Shown here: one piece after another, positions 18,867-28,114 of the stretch | How the letters are laid out: every line of letters starts with the position of its first letter | Position numbering within the stretch: the first letter of the stretch is position 1 | Source: Bacteroidetes bacterium HGW-Bacteroidetes-4 | Lineage (GTDB): Bacteria > Bacteroidota > Bacteroidia > Bacteroidales > SZUA-534 | DNA length: 64,000 nt | NCBI GenBank assembly: GCA_002840905.1 | Contig: PHDD01000002.1 | Location: 223,563 to 287,562 of the forward strand | Direction: 5' to 3' | Program-made: the position numbers and the translations under genes | Notes under the pieces: model-generated | Seen by the model: only the letters and a program-made list of their open reading frames with translations | Told to the model about the DNA's origin: nothing | Databases searched by the model: none

Positions 18867-20765
18867 ATGAAAAAAATCAGCCTGTTTCTTCTGCTTTTTA
18901 TTGCTTTTTTATCGGCAATCGGAAAAGATGAAAACTACCCCGTATCAGAAATTCCCGAATCGCTAAAAAGCCATGCCGATGCCGTTATTCGCTCGCATTC
19001 GATTGAAAAGGAAATAACATCGGATGCCCGGGTGGCTACCCGGGAAACCCTGGTAGTTACCATATTTAACAAAAGCGCCCAAAACCTTGGCTATTTCTCT
19101 GAGATTTACGATAAGCAAAGCAGTGTTTCTGATTATTCCGTAAAACTTTACAACAGCAAAGGAATCCAAATCTACAAATCGAAAAAAAGCGATTTTACCG
19201 ATATAAAGGCTTATGATGGCATGACCCTTTTCGATGATAACCGCAAGGTTTATTTAAACAAATTCTCAAACAATTACCCGTATACCGTCGAAATTTCATT
19301 TAAACGCATCGACAAACACACCCTGCACATTACACCCTGGTTTCCGGTAAGTGGCTATAATCTGGCTGTTCAGCAATCGAGCTATACCATTACCAGCTCG
19401 GCAAACAACAGCATCCGCTACAAAGAATATAACTTAAAAAATACGGTGACCGAAACCATTCAAAAAGATAAAATGATCTACCATTGGGAATTAAATGGCT
19501 TTAATGCCATAAAATGGGAACCTTTTATGCCTTATTATGAAGATGTTTTTCCCTTGGTACGCATAGCACCTACAACTTTTGATTACGATGGGTTTCGTGG
19601 CGACATGAGCACCTGGGAATCGTTTGGCTTATGGACTTATGGTTTGTTGCATGGCCGGGATATTATTACCTCAAAAACCCGGAATCATTTGCTTGAATTA
19701 ACCAAGAATGTCAGCAGCGATATGGAAAAAATACGCATTGTTTACAAATACCTGCAGGACAATACCCGCTACGTAAATATTGCTGAAGGTATTGGGGGCT
19801 GGCAACCCATTGAGGCTGCCAAAGTGGACGAAACCAAATATGGCGACTGTAAAGCTTTGTCGAATTACACCAAAGCCATGCTAAAAGAAGTTGGCATTGA
19901 GGCCATTTATACGCGAATTATGTCACAGGAAGTTTATAAGGATCTGAATCTTGATTTTCCCAGTCAGCAATTCAATCACATTATACTTTGTGTTCTGAAC
20001 CATGGCGATACGGTTTGGTTAGAATGTACCAGCCAAAAAAACCCTTTTGGTTTTATGGGTTCCTCAACTCAAAACCGGCATTGTCTTTTGGTAACCGAAC
20101 AGGGTGGTAAGATTGCCAAAACCCCCGAATACGGTCAGGAAACCAATACTCAGTTTAGTTTTACTCTGTGCATGGTCGATGAGGAAGGAAATTTTATGGT
20201 AAGCAACAAAACACACTTTAAAGGCTTACAGTTCGAAAACATTGCACGCTATTTTTACCTGAGTCCCAAAGAACAAAGCGAAGCGCTTTACAAAATGATT
20301 GATTTGCCCAAACTTTCCATCGCTGATTTTCACTTCGATCACACCAATGAAGCCATTCCCGAGGCCACTATGGAACTCAGTTTCAAGGTAGAAAATCTGG
20401 GAACCAAAAACAGTAACCGCCTGTTCATTCCCCTTAACAGTTTTAACAGCAGCACTTACATTCCCGAAATAAATAAAAACCGAACGTACCCTATTGTTAT
20501 AAAAAGTACCGGTTACGATGCCGACACGGTAATTTTTGATTTGCCTAAAACCTATTCGGTGGAATACCTTCCTGAACCTGTAGTAATCGATTCGCCTTTT
20601 GGCTATTACCAATCGTCGACAAAAATTGAAGACAATAAAGCCACATACATCAGGGAGTACAAATGGAATAAAGGAACATTTCCTGCTACGGAGTATGAAA
20701 AACTTCGCGATTTTTTTAAAGCCATTGCAGCGGCCGATAAAGCAAAAATAGTTTTATTTAATTAA
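18867..20765 (+). CDS. DUF3857 / transglutaminase-like / DUF3858 secreted protein
   Basis: Signal peptide. The transglutaminase core has Cys and His retained (YGDCKALSNY, FNHIILCV). It is a paralog of the upstream gene. Confidence 0.8.
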   Translation: MKKISLFLLLFIAFLSAIGKDENYPVSEIPESLKSHADAVIRSHSIEKEITSDARVATRETLVVTIFNKSAQNLGYFSEIYDKQSSVSDYSVKLYNSKGIQIYKSKKSDFTDIKAYDGMTLFDDNRKVYLNKFSNNYPYTVEISFKRIDKHTLHITPWFPVSGYNLAVQQSSYTITSSANNSIRYKEYNLKNTVTETIQKDKMIYHWELNGFNAIKWEPFMPYYEDVFPLVRIAPTTFDYDGFRGDMSTWESFGLWTYGLLHGRDIITSKTRNHLLELTKNVSSDMEKIRIVYKYLQDNTRYVNIAEGIGGWQPIEAAKVDETKYGDCKALSNYTKAMLKEVGIEAIYTRIMSQEVYKDLNLDFPSQQFNHIILCVLNHGDTVWLECTSQKNPFGFMGSSTQNRHCLLVTEQGGKIAKTPEYGQETNTQFSFTLCMVDEEGNFMVSNKTHFKGLQFENIARYFYLSPKEQSEALYKMIDLPKLSIADFHFDHTNEAIPEATMELSFKVENLGTKNSNRLFIPLNSFNSSTYIPEINKNRTYPIVIKSTGYDADTVIFDLPKTYSVEYLPEPVVIDSPFGYYQSSTKIEDNKATYIREYKWNKGTFPATEYEKLRDFFKAIAAADKAKIVLFN

Positions 20766-20820
20766 AATTCTTATCAAGCATTATGATTAAAAAACTAAGC
20801 ATAATCCTTAAGAAAACCTA

Positions 20821-21741
20821 TTAGTACAGCGAAGCGCGTTTGGCCAGAAAAGGGATTAATACGGTTCTGAAATCATCGTTAACATCGGCTTCGGCTAAAT
20901 CAATGCGGTATTGCCCGCATTTGAGCCGGAGTTGATTCATAAATGTTTCCTGTCTTTTCCGGTATTCGGTTCGTACCTCATTGGGGTTGAGTTTCAATGT
21001 CTGGCCTGTTTCCATGTCAACAAACTTTATGGGCCGGTTGGTGTAAGCCAGTTCCTGTTCCAAGCTTTTATCGCTGACCTGAAAAATAACTACTTCGTGC
21101 TTATTGTAGCGCAAATGCTCAAGGGCCGCAAAAAGTTTATCAGGGTTTTCGCCAAACATATCGGTAAATAAAATTACCAGTGAGCGTTTGTGTATTTTTT
21201 CTGCAATCAGGTGTAGCGACTCTGCCAATTGGGTTGTCTGATTAAAATAGGCTTTGTCGCGGTATAACAGCTTGTTTAACTCTGCATACAAGAGTTTACT
21301 GTGCGAATCGCTAAGCTTAACATCCGATGTGAATTCAATGGCATCCGAAAACAGGGTCAGGCCTACGGCATCGCGCTGGCGACGCAACATATGAATTATA
21401 GCGGCAGCCGAATAAACTGAAAAACTTAGTTTGTTCACTGTCCGCAACGTTCCGTAAGGAAATAGCATAGACGACGAGGTATCGATTAAAACCATGCAGC
21501 GCAGGTTGGTTTCTTCTTCGTATCGTTTTACAAATAATTTTTCGGTACGGGCATACAATTTCCAATCCATATGCCGGGTCGATTCCCCACTATTGTATAA
21601 ACGATGCTCGGCAAACTCAACAGAGAATCCATGATAGGGACTCCGGTGCATACCGGTAATAAAACCCTCAACCACTTGTTGCGAAACCCACTCCAGATGA
21701 TCGAAAGTTTCAAAGCTAAATACCTCATGCAGATTTTTCAT
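20821..21741 (-). CDS. DUF58 domain protein (vWA-like, usually MoxR-associated)
   Basis: HRSPYHGFSVEFAEHR.Y..G......DWK.YAR......K.YEEE and LIDTSSSM are characteristic of DUF58. Confidence 0.85.
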   Translation of the reverse strand: MKNLHEVFSFETFDHLEWVSQQVVEGFITGMHRSPYHGFSVEFAEHRLYNSGESTRHMDWKLYARTEKLFVKRYEEETNLRCMVLIDTSSSMLFPYGTLRTVNKLSFSVYSAAAIIHMLRRQRDAVGLTLFSDAIEFTSDVKLSDSHSKLLYAELNKLLYRDKAYFNQTTQLAESLHLIAEKIHKRSLVILFTDMFGENPDKLFAALEHLRYNKHEVVIFQVSDKSLEQELAYTNRPIKFVDMETGQTLKLNPNEVRTEYRKRQETFMNQLRLKCGQYRIDLAEADVNDDFRTVLIPFLAKRASLY

Positions 21742-21749
21742 TCCGGCAT

Positions 21750-21792
21750 AAAAATAAAAAATCCGGTAATTGAATGTACCTCAATTACCGGA
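21750..21792 (-). terminator. Rho-independent terminator of trxA
   Basis: Perfect 12-bp stem TCCGGTAATTGA / TCAATTACCGGA, followed on the minus strand by TTTTTTATTTT. Confidence 0.7.
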
Positions 21793-21814
21793 TAAAATTT
21801 CTTAGGTGCAGTTA

Positions 21815-22132
21815 TTAAAAAAGTTTGTTCAACTTTTCAAGCAGAGCAGCTTTGGCCACAACGCCTACTTGTTTATCAGCTACTTCACCATTCTTAAAGA
21901 ATAATAAAGTGGGTATGTTTCTGATTCCGTATTTCATGGCGGTGTTCGAGTTGTTGTCCACATCAAGTTTCACCATTTTTGCTTTACCTTCGAGTTCCAC
22001 TGAAAGTTCGTCAACAATGGGTGCTATCATCTTACATGGTCCGCACCATTCGGCCCAAAAATCTACCATTACGGGCACATCCGATTTTAATACTACTTCT
22101 TCAAAATCTGCATCGGTTACATGAATTGCCAT
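21815..22132 (-). CDS. trxA: thioredoxin
   Basis: 105 aa with the WAEWCGPCK active site. Confidence 0.95.
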   Translation of the reverse strand: MAIHVTDADFEEVVLKSDVPVMVDFWAEWCGPCKMIAPIVDELSVELEGKAKMVKLDVDNNSNTAMKYGIRNIPTLLFFKNGEVADKQVGVVAKAALLEKLNKLF

Positions 22133-22242
22133 TTTTATTCTATTTTAAGTTGTTTTAATTTTTGTATTAGATACAAATATAAAGGAATAAATGTTTGTAT
22201 TATTAGTAAATAAGTTTTTAAGTTTCTGATTTAATTAACAAG

Positions 22243-25200
22243 TTATTCCAATTTGTATTCAAAAACCGGATGCTTTTCGAGGTATTCGATAAATGTATTC
22301 GAAACTTCGACTTTGTGGGTTCGCGAAAACATCTGAATCCATATTTTATCTTTTTCGTCGAAAATAAGAAATTTAAGCAGCGTATTACCCTTGTTTTTTT
22401 CTAACATATCAGCCAGTTCCTTCATTAAATTCTCAGAAAGCTCCTGCACAGGGAACTTAATGGCCAGGCTTTTCAACAGGCTATCTTTAATATCGCCTAA
22501 CATTTGTATCGACGACACTTTAAACTCAAGTTCTTTTCCCCCGTTGTTTCCCCAGCCCCGCTCCTGCACTTTTCCCTTTACAAACAGTGAATAACCTTTG
22601 GTACAATAATTTTTATACTCCATGTAATCTTTACCGAAAAAGGTAAACTGAAAACTTCCGCTATAATCCTCGAGCGTGAATCCTCCAAAGGGCTTCCCGG
22701 TTTTGGTAGTTGCTGAACGCACATCGGTTACTATTCCACCCACCGACAACTCTTTACCTTCAATCTTTTGCAAATCGGTCAGGTCGTCGAGAGTACCATT
22801 GCAAAAGTTCGTCATTTCAATTTTATAACTGTCGAGCGGATGCGCACTTAAATAGATGCCCACCAATTCCTTTTCGCGGTTTAACTGCTCAAGGTTTCCC
22901 CAGGGTTCTGCCGCGGGAACCGGAGGTTTGCTAATCTCAACCTGATCGGTAATGGCTCCAAACAAGGTATTTTGGTTGTTCGACACATCGTTTTTATACA
23001 GGTTACCATATTTTAACAGGCTTTCGATAAATGATTCGCCCGACTCGTTGGTTTCAAAAAACTGACTCCGGAATTGCACTTCTTTAAAACTATCGAATCC
23101 ACCGGCCTGTGCCAGCGCTTCAAAAGTTTTGCGGTTTACCGATCGTAAATCGATGCGTTCCACAAAATCATAAATGTCTTTATAGGGCCCGTTTTTATCG
23201 CGTTCAGCAATAATGTTTTCAACGGCACCTTCGCCCACATTTTTTATGGCAGCCATTCCAAAACGCACGTCTCCGTTTTTATCGACCGTAAACTTTTTAT
23301 AACTCAGATTCACATCGGGGCCAAAAACTTTAAGTCCCATACGACGGCATTCTTCCATTAACTTGGTAACCTCAGTTATGTTCGAGAGGTTACGGCTTAA
23401 GTTGGCAGCCATAAACTCAGCCGGAAAATGGGCTTTTAAATAACCTGTTTGGTAAGCCACATAAGCATAACAAACCGAATGCGATTTATTGAAAGCGTAA
23501 CTGGCAAAGGCTTCCCAGTCCTTCCATATTTTATCGATTACTTCTTCGGCTGGCTTATTTTTCACTCCGGCCACAAACTCCGGATTGGCTTTACAACCTT
23601 CGGTAAATTTGTTTTTGAGCTTTTCCATCAGCTCCATTATCTTTTTCCCCATGGCTTTACGCAAAGTATCAGAATCGCCTCGCGTAAAGCCACCCAAAGC
23701 CCGCGACTGTAACATCACCTGCTCCTGATACACAGTAATTCCGTAAGTGTCTTTCAGGTAAGGCTCCATCAGGGGATGGTCGTAAATCACAGGTTCCTGT
23801 CCGTGTTTGCGGGCGATAAACGAAGGAATGTAATCCATAGGTCCCGGACGGTAGAGTGCGTTCATGGCCACCAAATCTTCAAAACGGTCAGGTTTTAGTC
23901 CACGCAGGTATTTTTTCATACCGGGACTTTCAAACTGGAATATGGCTGTGGTTTCGCCGTTGCTAAATAGCTGGTAGGTTTTTTCGTCTTCGAACGAAAT
24001 GCCATCAATGTCAATCTTAACCCCTCTCGAGAGTTTAATGTTCTCCAGGGTTTCTTTAATAATCGACAGGGTTTTAAGGCCTAAAAAGTCCATTTTTAGC
24101 AAACCAATGGCTTCTACAAACCGTCCGTCGTATTGGGTAGTAAGCAGTTTTTCGCCTTTGGTAGGCATCACGGGCAGGTGTTCGTCGAGCGGATCGCGAC
24201 CAATCAGAATGCCACAGGCATGAACACCGATCTGCCGTACTGAGCCTTCTAGTTTTTCGGCATTCAGCAGCGTACGCTGAATTAGTGGGTTGGCTGATTT
24301 CTTTTCTTCAACCAGTTCGTGGCTTTCTTTATAGGCTTTGGCGAAGTTCATTTTTGGTGCTTCAGGCACCATTTTAGCCAACCGGTTGGCTTCCTCGAGC
24401 GGTAGTTTAATTACCCGGGCCACGTCTTTTATTGACGATTTGGTAGCCATGGTTCCAAAGGTACAAATATGGGCTACTTTATCGGCACCGTATTTATCGG
24501 TAACCCAATCGAGCACCATCTGTCGTCCGTCGTCATCAAAATCAATATCCACATCGGGCATAGAAACGCGGTCGGGATTCAGAAAACGTTCAAATAGTAA
24601 ATCATACTTAATGGGATCCACATTGGTAATTCCAACGCAGTACGAAACGGCAGCTCCGGCTGCTGAACCCCGTCCGGGTCCAACAAGAACTTCCATTTCG
24701 CGTGCCGCATTAATAAAATCCTGCACAATGAGGAAGTAACCCGGAAAACCCATGGTCTTTATGGTGTCGAGTTCGAAATCGATGCGTTCTTTTATGTCAT
24801 CCTTAAAGTTTTCGCCATAACGCTTTTCTGCACCCAAATAAGTCAAATGCCTGAGATAGTCAGACTCAAACTTAATCTGAAGCACTTTTTCATAGCCTCC
24901 AATGCGGTCGAAAGCCTTTTGGCCAAACTCTTCAATCAGGTCGTCGGCGGTATATTTTTTTTCATAATCACTCAAAACACCAAAGGATTCGGGAATAGTA
25001 AATTTGGGCATGATGGGATCGGCATCAAGCTCAAAAAATTCCACTTTAGCGGCTATCTCCAGGGTATTCTCGAGTGCTTCGGGCACATCGGCAAAAATAC
25101 GATTCATCTCGGCCGTGGTTTTAAACCACTCCTGGCGGGTGTATCGCATCCGGGTGTTGTCGTCGTAGTCACGGCCGGTGCTTAAACAAACCAGCAAATC

Positions 25201-26625
25201 ATGTGCTTCGGCATCCTCTTCTTCGGCAAAATGTATATCATTGGTGGCAATTACCTTAACCTGGAGTTTTTTTGACAATTCGAGCAAAACCTTGTTGACC
25301 TTTACCTGATTTTCCCAGACATCTTTTCGCAACAAGGGATCGTTGTTTTGATGACGCATTAGTTCCAGGTAGTAATCGTCGCCAAATACTTTTTTAAACC
25401 AAAGAATGGTTTCTTCGGCCTTGTCGAAGTCCCCGTTCATAATATGTTGCGCTACCTCACCGCCCAAACAGGCCGAAGTAGCAATAATCCCCTCGTGGTA
25501 TTTTTCAATCAGTTCTTTATCGATGCGGGGCTTGTAGTAAAATCCCTGGTTATGCGAGATGGAAGTTAACTTTAAAAGATTTTTATATCCCGTACGGTTT
25601 TTTGCCAGTAAAACCAGGTGTTCGCCTGATCCGTCAATTTTATGATCCTCTTTTCGCAAATGCCCGCGTGCTGCCACATAAGCTTCGATGCCAATAATGG
25701 GTTTAACCCCGGCCTTTTTACACGATACATGAAATTCCTTTACCCCAAACATTCCGCCGTGATCGGTAAGAGCCACAGCGGGCATACCATCGGCTTTGGC
25801 TTTGTTGGCAATTTGTGCGGTTGTTGCGGCCCCATCGAGAATGGAATACTGTGAGTGAACATGCAGATGAACAAAAGGAACCCGTCCACTGGTGCGGGCA
25901 GCTACGGCAAGTTTTTTCTCTTCGTCGGCCACCGAAATGTCGTGAAATTCATTGATTTTAAACGATTCAAACTTTATTCCGGCTGGTTTAATTTCCGACG
26001 GGTTTGCTTTAATAAAGGCCTGAATCTCGGTATCGGTCATTTTTAAAATCTGGGGTGAAATACCTCCTACCCTTACCAGCTCGAGAAAACAGCGTGTGGT
26101 AGCTTCCACATCGGCTGCGGCATTGTGGGCTTCTTCGAAAGGTACGCCGAATAACTTGGTGTGGAGTTCGGTTAAGGTTGGCCATTTGGGCCGACCATTC
26201 TTCATGATGGCACAAAACTCGGTGCTTTCTTCCTTGGTACAAAGTTGTGGTGCTTTGGTCATAATTTCGGGCATACCACATCTTAAAAGCTCTGAACCTA
26301 CTATGTTAATATCGAATTCAATATTATGGCCGATAATGAATTTAGCCTTTTTCACATCGGCAACAAAATCATTAAGGGCATCGGCTAAAGGGATTCCAAG
26401 TTGATGGGCAATTTCGTTTGTGATACCATGCACTTTTACCACATCGTCGGGAATGGAATAGCCCTCGGGTTTTATTACATGGTTTTTGGCAAAAAGGAAC
26501 TTCCCCTGCAAATCGTGACACTGCCACGCCAGTTGAACCATACGCGGCCAGTTATCAAAATCAGTGAGCGGTGCTTTCCATTTTTTTGGTAAGCCAGTAG
26601 TTTCGGTATCAAAAACTAAAAACAT
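22243..26625 (-). CDS. dnaE: DNA polymerase III alpha subunit with an N-terminal DEDDh 3'-5' exonuclease domain
   Basis: Exo motifs FDTETTG, IGHNIEFD and HNAAADVEAT come first. They are followed by PHP (HLHVHSQYSILDGA), the polymerase core and the OB fold. The start is set at MFLVFDTETTG (26625); the alternative is 26667. Confidence 0.9.
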   Translation of the reverse strand: MFLVFDTETTGLPKKWKAPLTDFDNWPRMVQLAWQCHDLQGKFLFAKNHVIKPEGYSIPDDVVKVHGITNEIAHQLGIPLADALNDFVADVKKAKFIIGHNIEFDINIVGSELLRCGMPEIMTKAPQLCTKEESTEFCAIMKNGRPKWPTLTELHTKLFGVPFEEAHNAAADVEATTRCFLELVRVGGISPQILKMTDTEIQAFIKANPSEIKPAGIKFESFKINEFHDISVADEEKKLAVAARTSGRVPFVHLHVHSQYSILDGAATTAQIANKAKADGMPAVALTDHGGMFGVKEFHVSCKKAGVKPIIGIEAYVAARGHLRKEDHKIDGSGEHLVLLAKNRTGYKNLLKLTSISHNQGFYYKPRIDKELIEKYHEGIIATSACLGGEVAQHIMNGDFDKAEETILWFKKVFGDDYYLELMRHQNNDPLLRKDVWENQVKVNKVLLELSKKLQVKVIATNDIHFAEEEDAEAHDLLVCLSTGRDYDDNTRMRYTRQEWFKTTAEMNRIFADVPEALENTLEIAAKVEFFELDADPIMPKFTIPESFGVLSDYEKKYTADDLIEEFGQKAFDRIGGYEKVLQIKFESDYLRHLTYLGAEKRYGENFKDDIKERIDFELDTIKTMGFPGYFLIVQDFINAAREMEVLVGPGRGSAAGAAVSYCVGITNVDPIKYDLLFERFLNPDRVSMPDVDIDFDDDGRQMVLDWVTDKYGADKVAHICTFGTMATKSSIKDVARVIKLPLEEANRLAKMVPEAPKMNFAKAYKESHELVEEKKSANPLIQRTLLNAEKLEGSVRQIGVHACGILIGRDPLDEHLPVMPTKGEKLLTTQYDGRFVEAIGLLKMDFLGLKTLSIIKETLENIKLSRGVKIDIDGISFEDEKTYQLFSNGETTAIFQFESPGMKKYLRGLKPDRFEDLVAMNALYRPGPMDYIPSFIARKHGQEPVIYDHPLMEPYLKDTYGITVYQEQVMLQSRALGGFTRGDSDTLRKAMGKKIMELMEKLKNKFTEGCKANPEFVAGVKNKPAEEVIDKIWKDWEAFASYAFNKSHSVCYAYVAYQTGYLKAHFPAEFMAANLSRNLSNITEVTKLMEECRRMGLKVFGPDVNLSYKKFTVDKNGDVRFGMAAIKNVGEGAVENIIAERDKNGPYKDIYDFVERIDLRSVNRKTFEALAQAGGFDSFKEVQFRSQFFETNESGESFIESLLKYGNLYKNDVSNNQNTLFGAITDQVEISKPPVPAAEPWGNLEQLNREKELVGIYLSAHPLDSYKIEMTNFCNGTLDDLTDLQKIEGKELSVGGIVTDVRSATTKTGKPFGGFTLEDYSGSFQFTFFGKDYMEYKNYCTKGYSLFVKGKVQERGWGNNGGKELEFKVSSIQMLGDIKDSLLKSLAIKFPVQELSENLMKELADMLEKNKGNTLLKFLIFDEKDKIWIQMFSRTHKVEVSNTFIEYLEKHPVFEYKLE

Positions 26626-26749
26626 GTATATAAGACTTTTATGTGTGCGAATCAGGACTTCCGTCAACCGGAATCAGCTATCGGAATTGAAGGGTAAAAT
26701 TAGGGTATTTGTTGCGAAAATTCAGGGAATGTTAATAAGTTTGGATAAG

Positions 26750-26790
26750 AAAAAAAAGGCTTACTGCCATAAACGACAACAAGCCTTTTT
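26750..26790 (-). terminator. Terminator after the outer membrane protein gene
   Basis: AAGGCTT ... AAGCCTT stem with an 18-nt loop, followed on the minus strand by an 8-T run. Confidence 0.5.
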
Positions 26791-26808
26791 ATTAAGGAAT
26801 TTTACTTC

Positions 26809-27456
26809 TTAAAAACGTATGACAGCTCCAACGGTAATAAAACCGGTAGTAAAAATATTATCTAAGTCGGCTCCCAAACCAAAACTATTGCTTCGGTTTT
26901 TAGTAGTAACACCGCCGGCTTCGGTTTTTTGAACATTGTAAGCATAACCCAGACTCAAACCACCCAATACGGCTTCAAGGGTTACCCGGTCGCTCATGTG
27001 ATAAAATAAACCCGGAGCAACATTAAACGACAAGCTGGTATTTTTTGGTCCGTCGGTAGTTGTACCCCCGGCTTCGGTTTTTTGTGACGACATACCCAAA
27101 CCCAGGCGGCCTTCGAGACCCAGGGCAAACTTATTCATGGTAATGGCATAGTACCGGGCAAAAGGAACCAGGGCAATTCCCGATTCTTTATCGATAGTTT
27201 CGGTCGCACCGGGAGTTTTGGTCCGGTCGAGGCTAAAAGCCAATTGAACCCCTACTTCCAGAACTTCTGACAGTTCATAGCCTACTTTGGGAGCAAATTC
27301 AAAATTGTTGGTCGATACTTTATCCACCTCGGTAGTACCATTATCGATGCTACCCCCGCTGTGAGAGAATCCTACGCTACCCCCAACAAAAAACTGGGCA
27401 TTGGCAACCGTGGCCATAAATGTCAATAAAATACTTGCAAATAAAAGCTTTTTCAT
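26809..27456 (-). CDS. outer membrane beta-barrel protein (OmpA-barrel/OmpW-like small porin family)
   Basis: Signal peptide ...ATVANA, alternating beta-strand pattern and C-terminal ...GAVIRF aromatic terminus. Confidence 0.8.
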   Translation of the reverse strand: MKKLLFASILLTFMATVANAQFFVGGSVGFSHSGGSIDNGTTEVDKVSTNNFEFAPKVGYELSEVLEVGVQLAFSLDRTKTPGATETIDKESGIALVPFARYYAITMNKFALGLEGRLGLGMSSQKTEAGGTTTDGPKNTSLSFNVAPGLFYHMSDRVTLEAVLGGLSLGYAYNVQKTEAGGVTTKNRSNSFGLGADLDNIFTTGFITVGAVIRF

Positions 27457-27517
27457 CTTGTGAGTTTTAATTTTTGCCTACTCTTAGGTTTTTCGGCATG
27501 CACCACTAAATTTTTGT

Positions 27518-27525
27518 CAAAAATA
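27518..27525 (-). promoter_or_regulatory. Candidate -7 box (TATTTTTG on the minus strand) for the outer membrane protein gene
   Basis: The plus strand reads CAAAAATA, 62 nt upstream of the start at 27456. Confidence 0.35.
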
Positions 27526-27738
27526 CCACATTGAATGAATTAAGCAAAGACTTTTTTCTACTGTACCTAAAGCGAAGGCCTACACAGTCAATTGTGCATA
27601 AAAACCCAGGTAAACATCTATTCATTCAAATTTTAAAGTACGTTCAATAAACTAAAAAACAGATGCAAAGGCCTGCTGAGCATCGCACAGAAATCCGGAC
27701 AAGTATCGAAAGGCTTGTTGGGTGTCAATCCGAAAGTT

Positions 27739-27901
27739 GGATAAGCTCCTGCACAAGTGTAAAAGTATTTTCAGCGACTCAAATTAGCTCCTGCAATAGT
27801 GTAAAGGTTAATCTGTGGCTCGGATTAGCTTCCACATGAGTATAAATGTAAATCTGAGGCTTGGATTAGCTCCCGCACAAGTGAAAAGAAAAACAGAGCA
27901 T
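27739..27901. repeat. Four tandem degenerate ~41-bp non-coding repeats
   Basis: Units lie at 27739-27780, 27781-27821, 27822-27862 and 27863-27901. Each begins GGATTAGCTCC(T/C)GCACAAGTG-like. The period is not a multiple of 3. Confidence 0.75.
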
Positions 27902-28114
27902 GGAAGAAGAATTACGAAATAGCGCGCTAATTATTTGATGGATGATTTGGAATAACAATTTGCGATTGCAGATTACGTTCTGTGAGAACTTCGTTATTGT
28001 AGATTTTTTTATTGCCAATTGTTTTTTGACTGAAGCCTGTTCATAGTTAATTGCACATTGTCCATTGTTAACTGTTACTGGCAAAAGACTGAAGACTATG
28101 AACTGAAGACAGGT

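Noticed and set aside
20766-20820. A possible terminator hairpin between the DUF3857 paralog and DUF58 (GCATTATG...CATAATCC).
   Set aside because: The stem is short and mismatched, and AT-rich with no clear U-tract. It is not supportable.
22243-26625. An intein or insertion as the explanation for the large size of DnaE.
   Set aside because: The extra length is fully accounted for by the N-terminal exonuclease domain plus linker. No intein block motifs (a C/S...HN splice junction) were seen in the polymerase core.
26626-26667. Longer N-terminal extensions offered by the ORF track (dnaE 26667, tdk 11055, pyrE 40774, GAF 15434, hypothetical 11085, esterase 5308, patatin 55600, rsfS 29427, acylphosphatase 53198, methyltransferase 14118).
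   Set aside because: The extensions precede the conserved N-termini or signal peptides, overlap neighbouring genes or promoters, or use non-ATG codons when an ATG follows. The internal starts fit the family N-termini better. This is not proven.
27739-27901. CRISPR array interpretation of the tandem repeats.
   Set aside because: The units are directly adjacent with no unique spacers. The repeats are degenerate rather than near-identical, and no cas genes are in the window.
27866-28084. 72-aa ORF in the large intergenic gap.
   Set aside because: It has no motif, an odd composition, and runs into the 41-bp repeat array, whose period is not divisible by 3. It is probably non-coding.
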